Assembly: GCA_040901675.1 (NCBI GenBank)
Contig: JBBDYJ010000041.1
Coordinates: 152,734 to 216,733, forward strand
DNA: 64,000 bases
From: Pirellulales bacterium
GTDB lineage: Bacteria; Planctomycetota; Planctomycetia; Pirellulales; JAICIG01
Direction of reading: 5' to 3'
Positions 53,431 to 62,527 of this stretch are shown piece after piece. The notes under the pieces were generated by a model. It made no database searches. It was not told the origin of the DNA and saw nothing but the letters and a program-made list of their open reading frames with translations. The translations under genes and the position numbers were made by a program. Within the stretch, counting starts at the first letter, position 1; each line of letters opens with the position of its first letter.

Positions 53431-54420
53431 ATGCAACGAAAACCTCGCTACTGCGCCTGGCTGCTGAGCATGCTCGTCTTGCTCCCCGGCCTGTTGGTCT
53501 CGCCCGCCGCGGCCCAGGACCACTTTTTCGACTCCGACGGTGTGCGGCTGCGCTACCTGGTCGAGGGCGAGGGAGAGCCGGTGGTGCTCCTGCACGGCCT
53601 GGTGGGCAACGTCTATTTGCAGTGGAAGCTGCCGGGCATCATGACTGCCTTGGCCCAGGACTACCAGGTGATCGCCCTGGACCAGCGGGCGCACGGCCGC
53701 AGCGGCAGCCCGCGCGACCCGGCGGAGTACGGCGTGGAGATGGTCGAGGACGTGGTGCGGCTGCTCGACCACTTGAAGATCGAACGGGCCCACGTGGTCG
53801 GCTACTCGATGGGCGGCTTCGTTGCCGCCAAGCTGGTGACGCTGCACCCCGATCGCCTGCTCACGGCAACGCTGGGCGGCGCCGGCTGGTCCAAGGCCGA
53901 CGACGTGCGGGCCGGCTTCATGGGCGAGCTGGCCGAGAGCCTCGACCGCGGGCAGGGCATCCGCCCGCTGCTGGTGCGGCTGACGCCTCCCGGCAGGCGG
54001 CTCCCCTCCGAGGAGCGTTTGCGCTTCGTCACCCACCTCTTGAACTGGACGCACGATACCAAGGCGCTGGCCGCCCTCGTGCGAGGCATGGATCAACTTT
54101 GCATCGAAGAAGAGCAGCTCCGCGCCAACCACGTCCCCACGCTGGCCATCGTGGGCGAAAGCGACCCGCTCAAGATCACGGTCGACGAGCTGGTCGGCGT
54201 CATGAGCAACCTGGAGACAGTGGTTCTGGCCGGGGCCGACCACATGGACGCCTTTGCCCAGCCGGAGTTCGTCCATAGTCTGAAGGCCTTCCTGGCACGC
54301 CACGCCTTGGCGGCCGTCCAAGGCGATCAGGCGGACATGGATGAACATCGCACGGCAGAAGTCCCAGCTCCGTCGAAGCCTGGATCAACCCAGCGACAGG
54401 CGGGGAGCGTGGGGCGGTAA
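53431..54420 (+). CDS. Secreted alpha/beta hydrolase
   Basis: VVLLHG, DQRAHGRS, GYSMGG, GESD, ADH. Confidence 0.9.
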   Translation: MQRKPRYCAWLLSMLVLLPGLLVSPAAAQDHFFDSDGVRLRYLVEGEGEPVVLLHGLVGNVYLQWKLPGIMTALAQDYQVIALDQRAHGRSGSPRDPAEYGVEMVEDVVRLLDHLKIERAHVVGYSMGGFVAAKLVTLHPDRLLTATLGGAGWSKADDVRAGFMGELAESLDRGQGIRPLLVRLTPPGRRLPSEERLRFVTHLLNWTHDTKALAALVRGMDQLCIEEEQLRANHVPTLAIVGESDPLKITVDELVGVMSNLETVVLAGADHMDAFAQPEFVHSLKAFLARHALAAVQGDQADMDEHRTAEVPAPSKPGSTQRQAGSVGR

Positions 54421-54556
54421 CTTGGCCCGCCTTCTCCATGCCGCTTCGTCATCCTCGCCATCCCCTCAGGGCGACATTGCAAGCCTCTGCCCCGCGGCGT
54501 TAGACTGTTGGCCACGCTAAGCTTGCGGTTGGTCACTCGGCCGGCGGGAGAGCAAC

Positions 54557-54805
54557 GTGGGCGAACAACAGCCTATTCAGTTCTCGCTGACGCAGATCTT
54601 CATTCTGACGGCCGTCATCGGCGCCATCATCTCGGTCGTCAAGCCTCCCTCGCTCATTCCCATGGTCTTGCTGGCCGTGCTTTACGCCTTGGCCACCTTG
54701 CTGCTCTGGACTGGACTCATGCTCTGCGGACGGCTGATCATCCTGGCGGTCGGCGCGCTGGCCAACGCTTCGATCGGCTTCTGGCGGCGGGGGGGCGGCC
54801 GCTAG
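54557..54805 (+). CDS. Small membrane protein
   Basis: QFSLTQIFILT N-terminus; GGAG ribosome-binding site; hydrophobic. Confidence 0.55.
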   Translation: MGEQQPIQFSLTQIFILTAVIGAIISVVKPPSLIPMVLLAVLYALATLLLWTGLMLCGRLIILAVGALANASIGFWRRGGGR

Positions 54806-54860
54806 CGCGGCCCGCCTCCGAGTCGCCTCCTCCCTCCTTGACCTCCCCTTGGAGAACCCC

Positions 54861-56162
54861 ATGCCAAACCTCAATCGCCGCCAGTTTGTCCAGAGTGCTC
54901 TGGAAGGCGCCGCCGCACTGGCCACGGTCGCCGCCGTCGCCCGCCCGGCACGCGCCTTGGCCAACGACGCCATCCACGTCGCCTTGATCGGCACGGGCGG
55001 GCGGTACCGGGCCTTCGTCCCCGAGCTGGCCGCCCGCAACGACACGCCGGTGGCGGCCGTCTGCGACGTCGATCAGCGACGCGTCGCCGTCGCAGCCGAC
55101 AATGTCGAGCGCGCCCAGGGCCGCCGCCCCGAACTCTACGGCGACTACCGCAAGCTCCTCGACGATCCCTCGATCGACGCCGTGTTCGTCGCCACCACGC
55201 ACCATTGGCACGCCCCGATCGCGGTGGCGGCCCTGGCGGCCGGCAAGGACGTCTACCTCGAAAAGCCGGGCTCGCACGTCTTCCGCGAGGGCCGGGCCAT
55301 TGTCGACATGGCCGCCAAGCAGGGCCGCATCGTGCAGCACGGCACCCAGATGCGTTCCAGCGACGTCTTGGCCAAGGCGGGCCAGGTGCTTGCCTCGGGA
55401 CTGCTGGGCGAGATCAAAATGGCCAAGGCCTGGAACGTGCAGCGCCGCGCCCATCCCGGCCCTCAGCCCGACGGCCAGCCGCCCGCCGGGGTCGACTACG
55501 ACATGTGGCTCGGTCCCGCGCCCAAGCGTCCCTTCAATCCCAACCGCTTCCATGACAACTGGCACGCCTACCGCGACTACGGCAACGGCGACATCGGCAA
55601 CGACGGCGCCCACGATCTCGACATGGCCCGCTGGGGGTTGGGTGTCGAGACGCATCCGATCCGGATCACGGCCCATGGCAGCCGCGTCGACCCCAGCACG
55701 GGCGAGCGCGATTTTCCCGACAACACGATGGTTGCCTATCAATACGCCGACGGCCGGGTTTTGCTGTACGAGGACCGTCTCTGGACTCCCTACCGCATGG
55801 ACGGCTTCGACAGCGGCAACGCCTTTTACGGCACCAAGGGCTACATGATCTTTTCCCGCCGCGGCTACTTCCAAGCGTACCTCGGCATGCAGGACGAAAA
55901 GGGTCCCGGCCTCGAGCAGGGCGACACCGGAATGTCGGCCCACGTGGCCGACTTTCTCGACTGTCTTCGCAGCCGCCGCCAGCCCAACGCCTCGGCCCAG
56001 GTGACCCATCTCTCCTGCGGCCTGATCCATCTGGGCGAGGTCGCCTGCCGCGTCGGCCGCGTGATCCACTTCGATCCCCAGTCCGAGCAGATCCTCGCCG
56101 ACGACGAGGCCAACGCCCTGTTGACCAAGGACTACCGCCACCCCTGGACGCTGCAGACGTAG
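54861..56162 (+). CDS. Tat-exported Gfo/Idh/MocA oxidoreductase
   Basis: NRRQF, IGTGG, HHWHA, GKDVYLEKP, DYDMWLGPAP. Confidence 0.92.
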   Translation: MPNLNRRQFVQSALEGAAALATVAAVARPARALANDAIHVALIGTGGRYRAFVPELAARNDTPVAAVCDVDQRRVAVAADNVERAQGRRPELYGDYRKLLDDPSIDAVFVATTHHWHAPIAVAALAAGKDVYLEKPGSHVFREGRAIVDMAAKQGRIVQHGTQMRSSDVLAKAGQVLASGLLGEIKMAKAWNVQRRAHPGPQPDGQPPAGVDYDMWLGPAPKRPFNPNRFHDNWHAYRDYGNGDIGNDGAHDLDMARWGLGVETHPIRITAHGSRVDPSTGERDFPDNTMVAYQYADGRVLLYEDRLWTPYRMDGFDSGNAFYGTKGYMIFSRRGYFQAYLGMQDEKGPGLEQGDTGMSAHVADFLDCLRSRRQPNASAQVTHLSCGLIHLGEVACRVGRVIHFDPQSEQILADDEANALLTKDYRHPWTLQT

Positions 56163-56225
56163 TCTATACTGGTTGCCCAAGGTACTGCGAGTTGAAGAGG
56201 GCCCCCCTGGGCCAGGAGGAATGCT

Positions 56226-56777
56226 GTGCAGGTAAGTCTCGTTAGTCTCGTGTTGCCGATCATCGTCTCCAGCGTGGCGTTGTTTTTCGCCAGCTTTTTG
56301 TCGTGGATGGTCTTGCCGTTCCACCGCAAGGATTGGGTCAAGCTGGAAAAGGAAGACGATTTCCTGGAGGCCGTGAGGAAAAGCGCGATTCCCCGCGGCA
56401 GTTACATGTTCCCCTGCGCTCAGACGCCGGCCGAGATGAAGAGCGAAGAGCACGTGAAGAAATGGGAGTCCGGACCCTGCGGCGTGATCACCGTATTCCC
56501 GAAGGTGAACATGGGCCGCAACCTGGGGCTGCAGTTCCTGTATCTTCTGGTGGTCAGTTTCTTTCTCGCTTATCTGGCGGCGCTAGCTATCCAGCCAGGA
56601 GCCGATTTCATGACGGTCTTCCGCTTCGTCTCCACGGCCGCGTTCATGGCCTTCTTGGCCGGCATCGTGCAGCACGCCATCTGGTTTCACGCCCGCATCG
56701 TGGGGCACGTCATCGAGTCGGTGGCCTACGCCGCGATCGCCGGCGCCGTATTCGCGGCGCTCTGGCCCGGCACTTGA
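56226..56777 (+). CDS. Hypothetical membrane protein
   Basis: AGGAGG ribosome-binding site; WMVLPFH..DW, G.YMFP; about four hydrophobic segments. Confidence 0.7.
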   Translation: MQVSLVSLVLPIIVSSVALFFASFLSWMVLPFHRKDWVKLEKEDDFLEAVRKSAIPRGSYMFPCAQTPAEMKSEEHVKKWESGPCGVITVFPKVNMGRNLGLQFLYLLVVSFFLAYLAALAIQPGADFMTVFRFVSTAAFMAFLAGIVQHAIWFHARIVGHVIESVAYAAIAGAVFAALWPGT

Positions 56778-57287
56778 CCTCCCGCCTGAGTGCCGCAACC
56801 TCGGCAACACGCCGACATGGCAATCGAGCAGCCTGCGATCATGCTCGCACTCATCGCCGGCCCTCGGCGCTCAAGTCCTTGATCCGCAGGCCTCGGAGAC
56901 AGTGCATAACCACGCCCTCCGCGATTGGATTGGCCTGCGACTAGTCTAAATCCTATGCAACCATCTGAGTTGTCAAGGTGTCGCCGTGCCGCGAGTTTGA
57001 CGGCCGGCGGGCGGCTGGCTAAAATCGCTCTCCATCTCCTCCAAGCCGAATGGGAAACAAAACACCTGTCGCGCCCTTGGGTTTCCCGCTGCGAAGGCCT
57101 TGCGATGCGATTGCCGACATCCTACACCGCCCGCCGAGCGCCGGGCGCCCGGCCGGCGTTCATCCCCCAGACGACGGTCGAAGTACCTTACCCCCATCCA
57201 CATGGAGGCAGACGGTATTAGCCGCAGTCTCCCTGTCTGATCGTTCGCGCACTCCGATCGGCGAGACACGCGGCCGTGCTGAGCACC

Positions 57288-57845
57288 ATGGATTTTCGCG
57301 AAATGGCCCGGGACCCGCGGCATCGCCGCGGCTTCGAAAAGCTGTTGTATCTGGCCGCCAAGCGCGGCGACGCCGACCTGGTGTCCGAGCGGCTTGGCTG
57401 GGGCATCGACCCCAACTGCGCGTCCAGCAGCGGCCGCACCCCGCTGATCGCCAACGTGCGCGGCTCGTCCCCCAGTCCGGCGACGGTCCTGGCCCTGCTC
57501 GCCGGCGGCGGCGACCCCAGCCTCACGGACGCAACAGGCCTCACGGCCCTGGACTACGCCCGCCGCAAGCTGGCGCGGCTGCAGGCGCGGCCTCGGCGAC
57601 CTCGCCGCAAGTCTCCCTCGCTCGACGAAAACGACCAACTCCGCCTGGATCGCGATGAGCAGGCCGAGCTCGACGAGATGCGCCGCGAGCTGGCCGGCGA
57701 AGACGCGGCTGATTTTCTCCGCATCTGGTGGAAGGAGCGGTTGCGGGCGGCGCGCCGGACGTTCAACGACCCGGACCAGGTGGAGAAGATCGTGGAGATT
57801 CTGGAAGCGGCCGGCGGACCGCGTCTTTCTCCAGAACACTCTTGA
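57288..57845 (+). CDS. Ankyrin-repeat protein
   Basis: LYLAAKRGD, GIDPN...GRTPL, GLTALDYA. Confidence 0.8.
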   Translation: MDFREMARDPRHRRGFEKLLYLAAKRGDADLVSERLGWGIDPNCASSSGRTPLIANVRGSSPSPATVLALLAGGGDPSLTDATGLTALDYARRKLARLQARPRRPRRKSPSLDENDQLRLDRDEQAELDEMRRELAGEDAADFLRIWWKERLRAARRTFNDPDQVEKIVEILEAAGGPRLSPEHS

Positions 57846-58692
57846 GTGTCCGCAGGTCGCGCTGGACCATGCCGGCATCCTCGGCGAACTTCTGGTCGGA
57901 CATCTCGGGCAACCGCAACAGCGTGAACGTCACTTCGCTCCCCGCGCCGTTCGGGACGACCCGCATCGGGTTCAGAATCTCGACGCCCGGCGCCGGCCTG
58001 ACGAAGTGATCGAGCACCCCCAACTCGTTCGCCGGAACAAACTCGATCCCCACGGGGCCGGCGGGCGTTTCGGCGACCCACCCGCTGCTCGTCTTGCTAA
58101 CCGAGCGAACGAAGGCAGTTGCCCACTTCGGCAGGTTCTCGGGGTTCGAGACGAATGCGTACACCCGCTCGGCCGGGCAGTCGATTGAGACGCTCAGCGT
58201 TTTGGATTTGTGACTCGCCATCCCGGCCAGAATCTGCCTGATCGCGCCGAGGTGGTACGCGGTGTGGGCGGCGCTGGCCAGCGCGCCGGCTGCGGAGACG
58301 TCGTCCCACTCGGTGCGGCTGCTGGCGGCGCTCTGCCACGTCTCGGCTTCGTGACGGAGCCTGTCGCGCAACGTTCGCCACGGATCGACGGTGACGGTGG
58401 TGCGTTGCCAACTGGCGTTCCAGTCGGCGGTGGCCCACGGGTTCGCTTCGCCCGCGGCCCAGCGATTCAGGAGAGTCAAGCCGTAGTGAACGTGATCGAC
58501 GTGCGCGGCGATCGTCGTCTTGCCGGGCATAGGTCTGGTCGAAGCGGTGCCGGCGTCGATCGATTCAAGTTCTCGGAGCAGGCCGGGATCGCCCGGATTG
58601 AGCAGGTAGGCTTCGCCGCCGGGCGGGCCGTCAAAAATCTCCGTCAGCAGCTTGGACAGGGCCCGTTGAAAGATGGCGTCGGTCGTGTTCAT
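57763..58692 (-). CDS. DinB-like domain fused to SRPBCC (polyketide cyclase-like) domain
   Basis: TIAAHVDH...AHTAYHLGAIRQ, then SVSIDCPAERVYAFVSNPENLPKWA...DLRTLKSVLE. Confidence 0.75.
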   Translation of the reverse strand: MNTTDAIFQRALSKLLTEIFDGPPGGEAYLLNPGDPGLLRELESIDAGTASTRPMPGKTTIAAHVDHVHYGLTLLNRWAAGEANPWATADWNASWQRTTVTVDPWRTLRDRLRHEAETWQSAASSRTEWDDVSAAGALASAAHTAYHLGAIRQILAGMASHKSKTLSVSIDCPAERVYAFVSNPENLPKWATAFVRSVSKTSSGWVAETPAGPVGIEFVPANELGVLDHFVRPAPGVEILNPMRVVPNGAGSEVTFTLLRLPEMSDQKFAEDAGMVQRDLRTLKSVLEKDAVRRPLPESPRSSPPGPGR

Positions 58693-58791
58693 CGATTCTC
58701 CCGTGCACGTGCGTCTTCTTGTGACCTGCCGAGGGGGCGCGGGCCTCGCAATGGCCGGACTTCACCCATGCCCCCGGGGTCGTCCGGCCGC

Positions 58792-60261
58792 TTACACCTG
58801 TTTCTGCAGAAAATCGATTTGGTCGGCTACGTCAAGCCGGTTGGTCCAGTTCTCGGCATGGAACGTCCAAAAGAATTCGAGCTCAGGCAAGAGGTCCGGA
58901 GCATTCTGTCGGACGATTCCAAAGCAAGGTTCCCGCCCTTTTGCCGCCAGCAGATACAAGAGCCATTGACGACGCTGGCCGACCGCTGATCGGATTTGGG
59001 CGACCGCTGTTGGAACGAAGTCGCACTCGCTCGCCAATACGGCGCGGATAATGCCCGCCGATTGCCGGCCATCGTCGCTGATTGCTTCCAAAACCGGGTG
59101 AACGTTGGACGAATCGATCCGTCGCGAAGTCGCCACGATCGCGTGAACGGCGGTTAGCTCGTCAGGATCGTGGACAAGAGCCAGTGGTTGTGCAACGTCC
59201 GCCTTTGCGGCAGCGAGTCCCCATGCGCTCGCGGCCCTTAGCTCGGAGTCGTTCGTCTGGTTCGCTGCTAGTGCCGCCAGGAGGTCTATCGACCGCTGGT
59301 CGGGAAGCTCCGCCAGGATAAACGCCGTTTCCATGCGATAATCTGGCGGCACTTCTTTCTGTCGCGACATTGCGGCTAAGTGAGCCCAGCCCTCTTCAAT
59401 CCCCAGCCGAGCCAGCGAAGCTGCAGCTTCCAACCTAATGCGATCGTCGGGATAATTCGCCATAACCCCGGCAAGTGCCTCAACGCTCGCCGGCATGAAA
59501 TGAGCCAGGAACCCGAGCGCCTTGACGGCCACATAGACGGCAGCGCTGTCTTCGCTGGTAAGATCAGCCATGAAGTCATACGGGACGACCCTTGCCGCAA
59601 TAGGTGAAACAAGCGAATCCATGACGGACGCGATAACCGTGTCTCCCTCCCCGAAACTTTCGTCAACTGAAACGTGCGGAATCAAAGAATCGCTGTTCTT
59701 GCGGCCTAGCCGATAGCGCTGTTTTCGGCCGCCTTCAAGTTGGGTCTCGATTCGGTCGCTTAATATCCCCGTGACTGTGCCCGCAGAACGGGGTATGGTA
59801 GCCGGCCAGGTTAATCGAATCTCGCTGCCTTCTGACGCCGATTTCATGCGACTACGGCGAGCGCGGTGCGCCTTTGCCCGCATATCGCCGACGCGAAATA
59901 GTGCGACTCGCTCGCTGGCGCGCCAGGTATCCCCGTCTGGCCAGCATCGAATGAAGGCGATCAGGTCACTGTCTCGAAGGCCCCTGTCCCAAGCGCGATC
60001 GGGGTTATTGACCGCGTGCGACATCGAGACCTCCATTTTGCTCTTGCCGCGCGATTCGATGCGCGTGCCAGACTTGAGGCAGAGCAAGTCGGGCACGCGA
60101 AGCCGCTTGATCTTCGTTGCCCAAATCTTATTGCTGGTGCAATGGCGCTCAAGTTCAATGATCCTGAAGCTGCCCCGGTTCAGTATCGCTGCGACCTTGC
60201 GCGTGCCGATCGCTCCGATGCTGATGTTGCGGAGAAACTCGCGGTCGCTCTTGAATCCCAC
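58792..60261 (-). CDS. Putative restriction endonuclease: PD-(D/E)XK-like N-terminus plus HEAT-like C-terminus
   Basis: RVPDLLCLKSGTRIESRGK; AVKALG, IRLEAAASLARLG, LRAASAWGL repeats; just downstream of the C gene. Confidence 0.65.
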   Translation of the reverse strand: MGFKSDREFLRNISIGAIGTRKVAAILNRGSFRIIELERHCTSNKIWATKIKRLRVPDLLCLKSGTRIESRGKSKMEVSMSHAVNNPDRAWDRGLRDSDLIAFIRCWPDGDTWRASERVALFRVGDMRAKAHRARRSRMKSASEGSEIRLTWPATIPRSAGTVTGILSDRIETQLEGGRKQRYRLGRKNSDSLIPHVSVDESFGEGDTVIASVMDSLVSPIAARVVPYDFMADLTSEDSAAVYVAVKALGFLAHFMPASVEALAGVMANYPDDRIRLEAAASLARLGIEEGWAHLAAMSRQKEVPPDYRMETAFILAELPDQRSIDLLAALAANQTNDSELRAASAWGLAAAKADVAQPLALVHDPDELTAVHAIVATSRRIDSSNVHPVLEAISDDGRQSAGIIRAVLASECDFVPTAVAQIRSAVGQRRQWLLYLLAAKGREPCFGIVRQNAPDLLPELEFFWTFHAENWTNRLDVADQIDFLQKQV

Positions 60262-60284
60262 TGCGGCTCCGCCTCGCCGGCATT

Positions 60285-60491
60285 TCAGGGCATCAAGTCA
60301 GCCATCGAGACGCCGAGCGCCTTCGCAAGACGCTCGATGTTCACGAGCGAGATATTGCGCTCACCGCGTTCGACGCCACTAACGTAGGTTCGGTGCAGAC
60401 CTGCAAGCTCCGCGAGCCGTTCTTGCGAGATTCCAATCCGCAGACGGGTGTCGCGAAGCTTACGACCGAAGCGACCTTGCACGGCTTGCAA
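60285..60491 (-). CDS. R-M controller (C) protein, XRE HTH
   Basis: SQERLAELAGLHRTYVSGVERGERNISLVNIERLAKAL. Confidence 0.88.
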   Translation of the reverse strand: MQAVQGRFGRKLRDTRLRIGISQERLAELAGLHRTYVSGVERGERNISLVNIERLAKALGVSMADLMP

Positions 60492-60554
60492 GACGTATCC
60501 TGGCTCGGCTCTAGGTTAGGTGATCTTCCCTTGACGCCAATCTGGCGGCGTGCA

Positions 60555-60580
60555 TACTATAGGTCTACAGCCTTTAAGTT
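60555..60580 (-). promoter_or_regulatory. Degenerate double C-box operator
   Basis: AACT-TAA-AGGC-TGTA-GACC-TAT-AGTA vs the PvuII-type GACT-N3-AGTC-TGTA-GACT-N3-AGTC layout. Confidence 0.65.
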
Positions 60581-60639
60581 ACGGTAACGTATCGTCTGCA
60601 ATCCTGGTCATTTCCAAACGAAATGGTAGTTTGACGCCC

Positions 60640-61617
60640 ATGAAGCCAATCGAGATTTATCGAACCCGGTTTGGCCGCGTCGTCCTAACGCGGGCGGAAG
60701 ACTATCTGCCGCTTCTGCCAGAAAACTCCGTCGACTTGGTGATGACTTCACCGCCGTTCGCGCTCCTGCGTCAGAAGGCGTACGGCAACCTCGATCAAGC
60801 GGAGTACGTCGATTGGCTCGCGTCGTTCGGCCCGCTCGTTCGGCGCGTGCTCAAGGACACCGGTAGCTTCGTCCTTGACTTGGGTGGAGCATATCAACGC
60901 GGAGTGCCGTGTCGGTCGCTCTACAACTTCCGCGTGCTCTTGCGTCTGTGCGATGAACACGGCTTCTACCTCGCAGAAGAGTTCTTTTGGCACAATCCGG
61001 CCAAACTTCCATCGCCGATCGAATGGGTCAACAAGCGCAAGATTCGAGCGAAGGATTCCGTTAATACGGTGTGGTGGCTTAGCAAGTCGGAGAACCCGAA
61101 GGCTGACGTGAGCAGCGTTCTCGCGCCATATAGCGACCGGATGAGGCAACTCCTCAAGGACCCCGACGTGTTCTACAGGCCGAAGGATCGCCCGTCCGGA
61201 CACGACATAAGCAGGGCGTTCGGCACGGATAACGGCGGAGCCATTCCGTCGAACTTGCTGCAGTACGCCAACACGGAGAGCAACTCGATTCATATTCGTC
61301 TCTGCAAAGCAAACAACATCCCGCCCCACCCGGCACGCTTCCCGCTCGCCCTGCCTGAGTTCTTTATCAAGTTCCTGACGGAACCGGGGGACACCGTTGT
61401 AGACATCTTCGCGGGATCGAACACGACGGGTGAAGCAGCCGAAGCGTTGGGCCGCAATTGGCTCGCATTGGAATGCGACCGGAACTACGTGATCGGATCC
61501 GCGTTCCGCTTTATGCAGGATTGGAACGACCAAGAAGTAGCCAAGTTCGTGGCAACATGCCGGAGCGAAGTCACGGAGCCGATCAACGTTCTTTCGGCAC
61601 AACAAGCGCTCTTCTAA
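60640..61617 (+). CDS. N4-cytosine DNA methyltransferase, M.PvuII-like (beta class)
   Basis: VMTSPPFAL, KLPSPIEWVNKRKIR, RPSGHDI, HPARFP, VVDIFAGSNTTG. Confidence 0.93.
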   Translation: MKPIEIYRTRFGRVVLTRAEDYLPLLPENSVDLVMTSPPFALLRQKAYGNLDQAEYVDWLASFGPLVRRVLKDTGSFVLDLGGAYQRGVPCRSLYNFRVLLRLCDEHGFYLAEEFFWHNPAKLPSPIEWVNKRKIRAKDSVNTVWWLSKSENPKADVSSVLAPYSDRMRQLLKDPDVFYRPKDRPSGHDISRAFGTDNGGAIPSNLLQYANTESNSIHIRLCKANNIPPHPARFPLALPEFFIKFLTEPGDTVVDIFAGSNTTGEAAEALGRNWLALECDRNYVIGSAFRFMQDWNDQEVAKFVATCRSEVTEPINVLSAQQALF

Positions 61618-61731
61618 TCGACGTGCCTCGCCCGAAAGCGCGTGCAAGATTTGCAGCCTTGAGCAGCGTCCAGCGGCGGGTCCGCAGCCGCCATGGCCGC
61701 TGAGCCTGGGTAGTGTCCTAACTGTGTGTTG

Positions 61732-61977
61732 CTACTTCGGGCGCGGCTTTTTCTTGAGCCAGTCCAGCCCGGCCCAGACGTGCAACGCCCCGTAGGCAGT
61801 CATCAGAACGAGTCCAACGATGTTTTCTGCAGGGCCAGCGGGACCGCCAAACCCATTGTTGAGCCCAAGTAGATACCCCACGAGCACCACCAGCCCTCCA
61901 ACAGCGAGAACTGCACCGCAGCCGACGGCGACGAATGCTTTGGATCGCGTCCACTTCTTTTCCCTGAACCCATTCAT
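61732..61977 (-). CDS. Small two-TM membrane protein (IS passenger)
   Basis: 81 aa; starts 4 nt after the transposase stop and ends at the IR. Confidence 0.65.
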   Translation of the reverse strand: MNGFREKKWTRSKAFVAVGCGAVLAVGGLVVLVGYLLGLNNGFGGPAGPAENIVGLVLMTAYGALHVWAGLDWLKKKPRPK

Positions 61978-61980
61978 CGG

Positions 61981-62346
61981 CTATTCCAGGACCGCCGCGA
62001 ATAGCTCGTCAAAACTCCAGACGTGGTCGGCGAGCCCGGCCATCATCGCAGCCGATGGCCGCTTCTGGCCAGACTTGCCCGGCTTCCGGGTCTGCCAGCA
62101 GTAATTGTAATACGCCGCGACATGGCGAAAGCCGCTTCCAGGTTCGCCAGTTTCTTGGAGAAGCACAGCGTCAGCCGGTTGAGTCGCTTCAGGAAGACCC
62201 GCTGGGTGCCGTTCAGCCGCTCTACGTGGCTACTGCATATCGTTCGCTGCTGGCGACCGGATATGCCACGCATGCCCCGCCACCTGGTTCCGACCATTTC
62301 GGACGGGGTATAGATCATGCGGGCGTTGCGGTACTCCTTTCGGATG
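61981..62346 (-). pseudogene. IS1-family transposase C-terminal remnant (frameshifted)
   Basis: SHVERLNGT..LKRLNRLTLCFSKKLANL, then in another frame YNYC...AMMAGLADHVWSFDEL. Confidence 0.85.
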
Positions 62347-62527
62347 GTAGTCGGTTGCGCAATGGAAGCGAGGCTTTTCTAGCTACTGGCGTGCGCCAAA
62401 GCCGGCCCGCCAGCAACACACTCTTAGGACACTACCTGAGCCTGCGAGCGCTTGCGAGCTGAGCCGCGAAGGTTTAGGCTGTGGTTGATTCCAGCCGCCC
62501 GTATCGCTAAACGGGGAGCCCGCAACG

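Larger units (their letters stand above)
61709..62436 (-). mobile_element. Internally deleted IS1-family element with a passenger gene
   Basis: 25-bp IR GGTAGTGTCCTAAnnGTGTGTTGCT; 8-bp TSD TGAGCCTG at 61701-61708 and 62437-62444. Confidence 0.9.

Noticed and set aside
56780..57270. ncRNA or gene in a 500-bp unexplained gap
   Set aside because: No convincing ORF, RNA motif or repeat recognised
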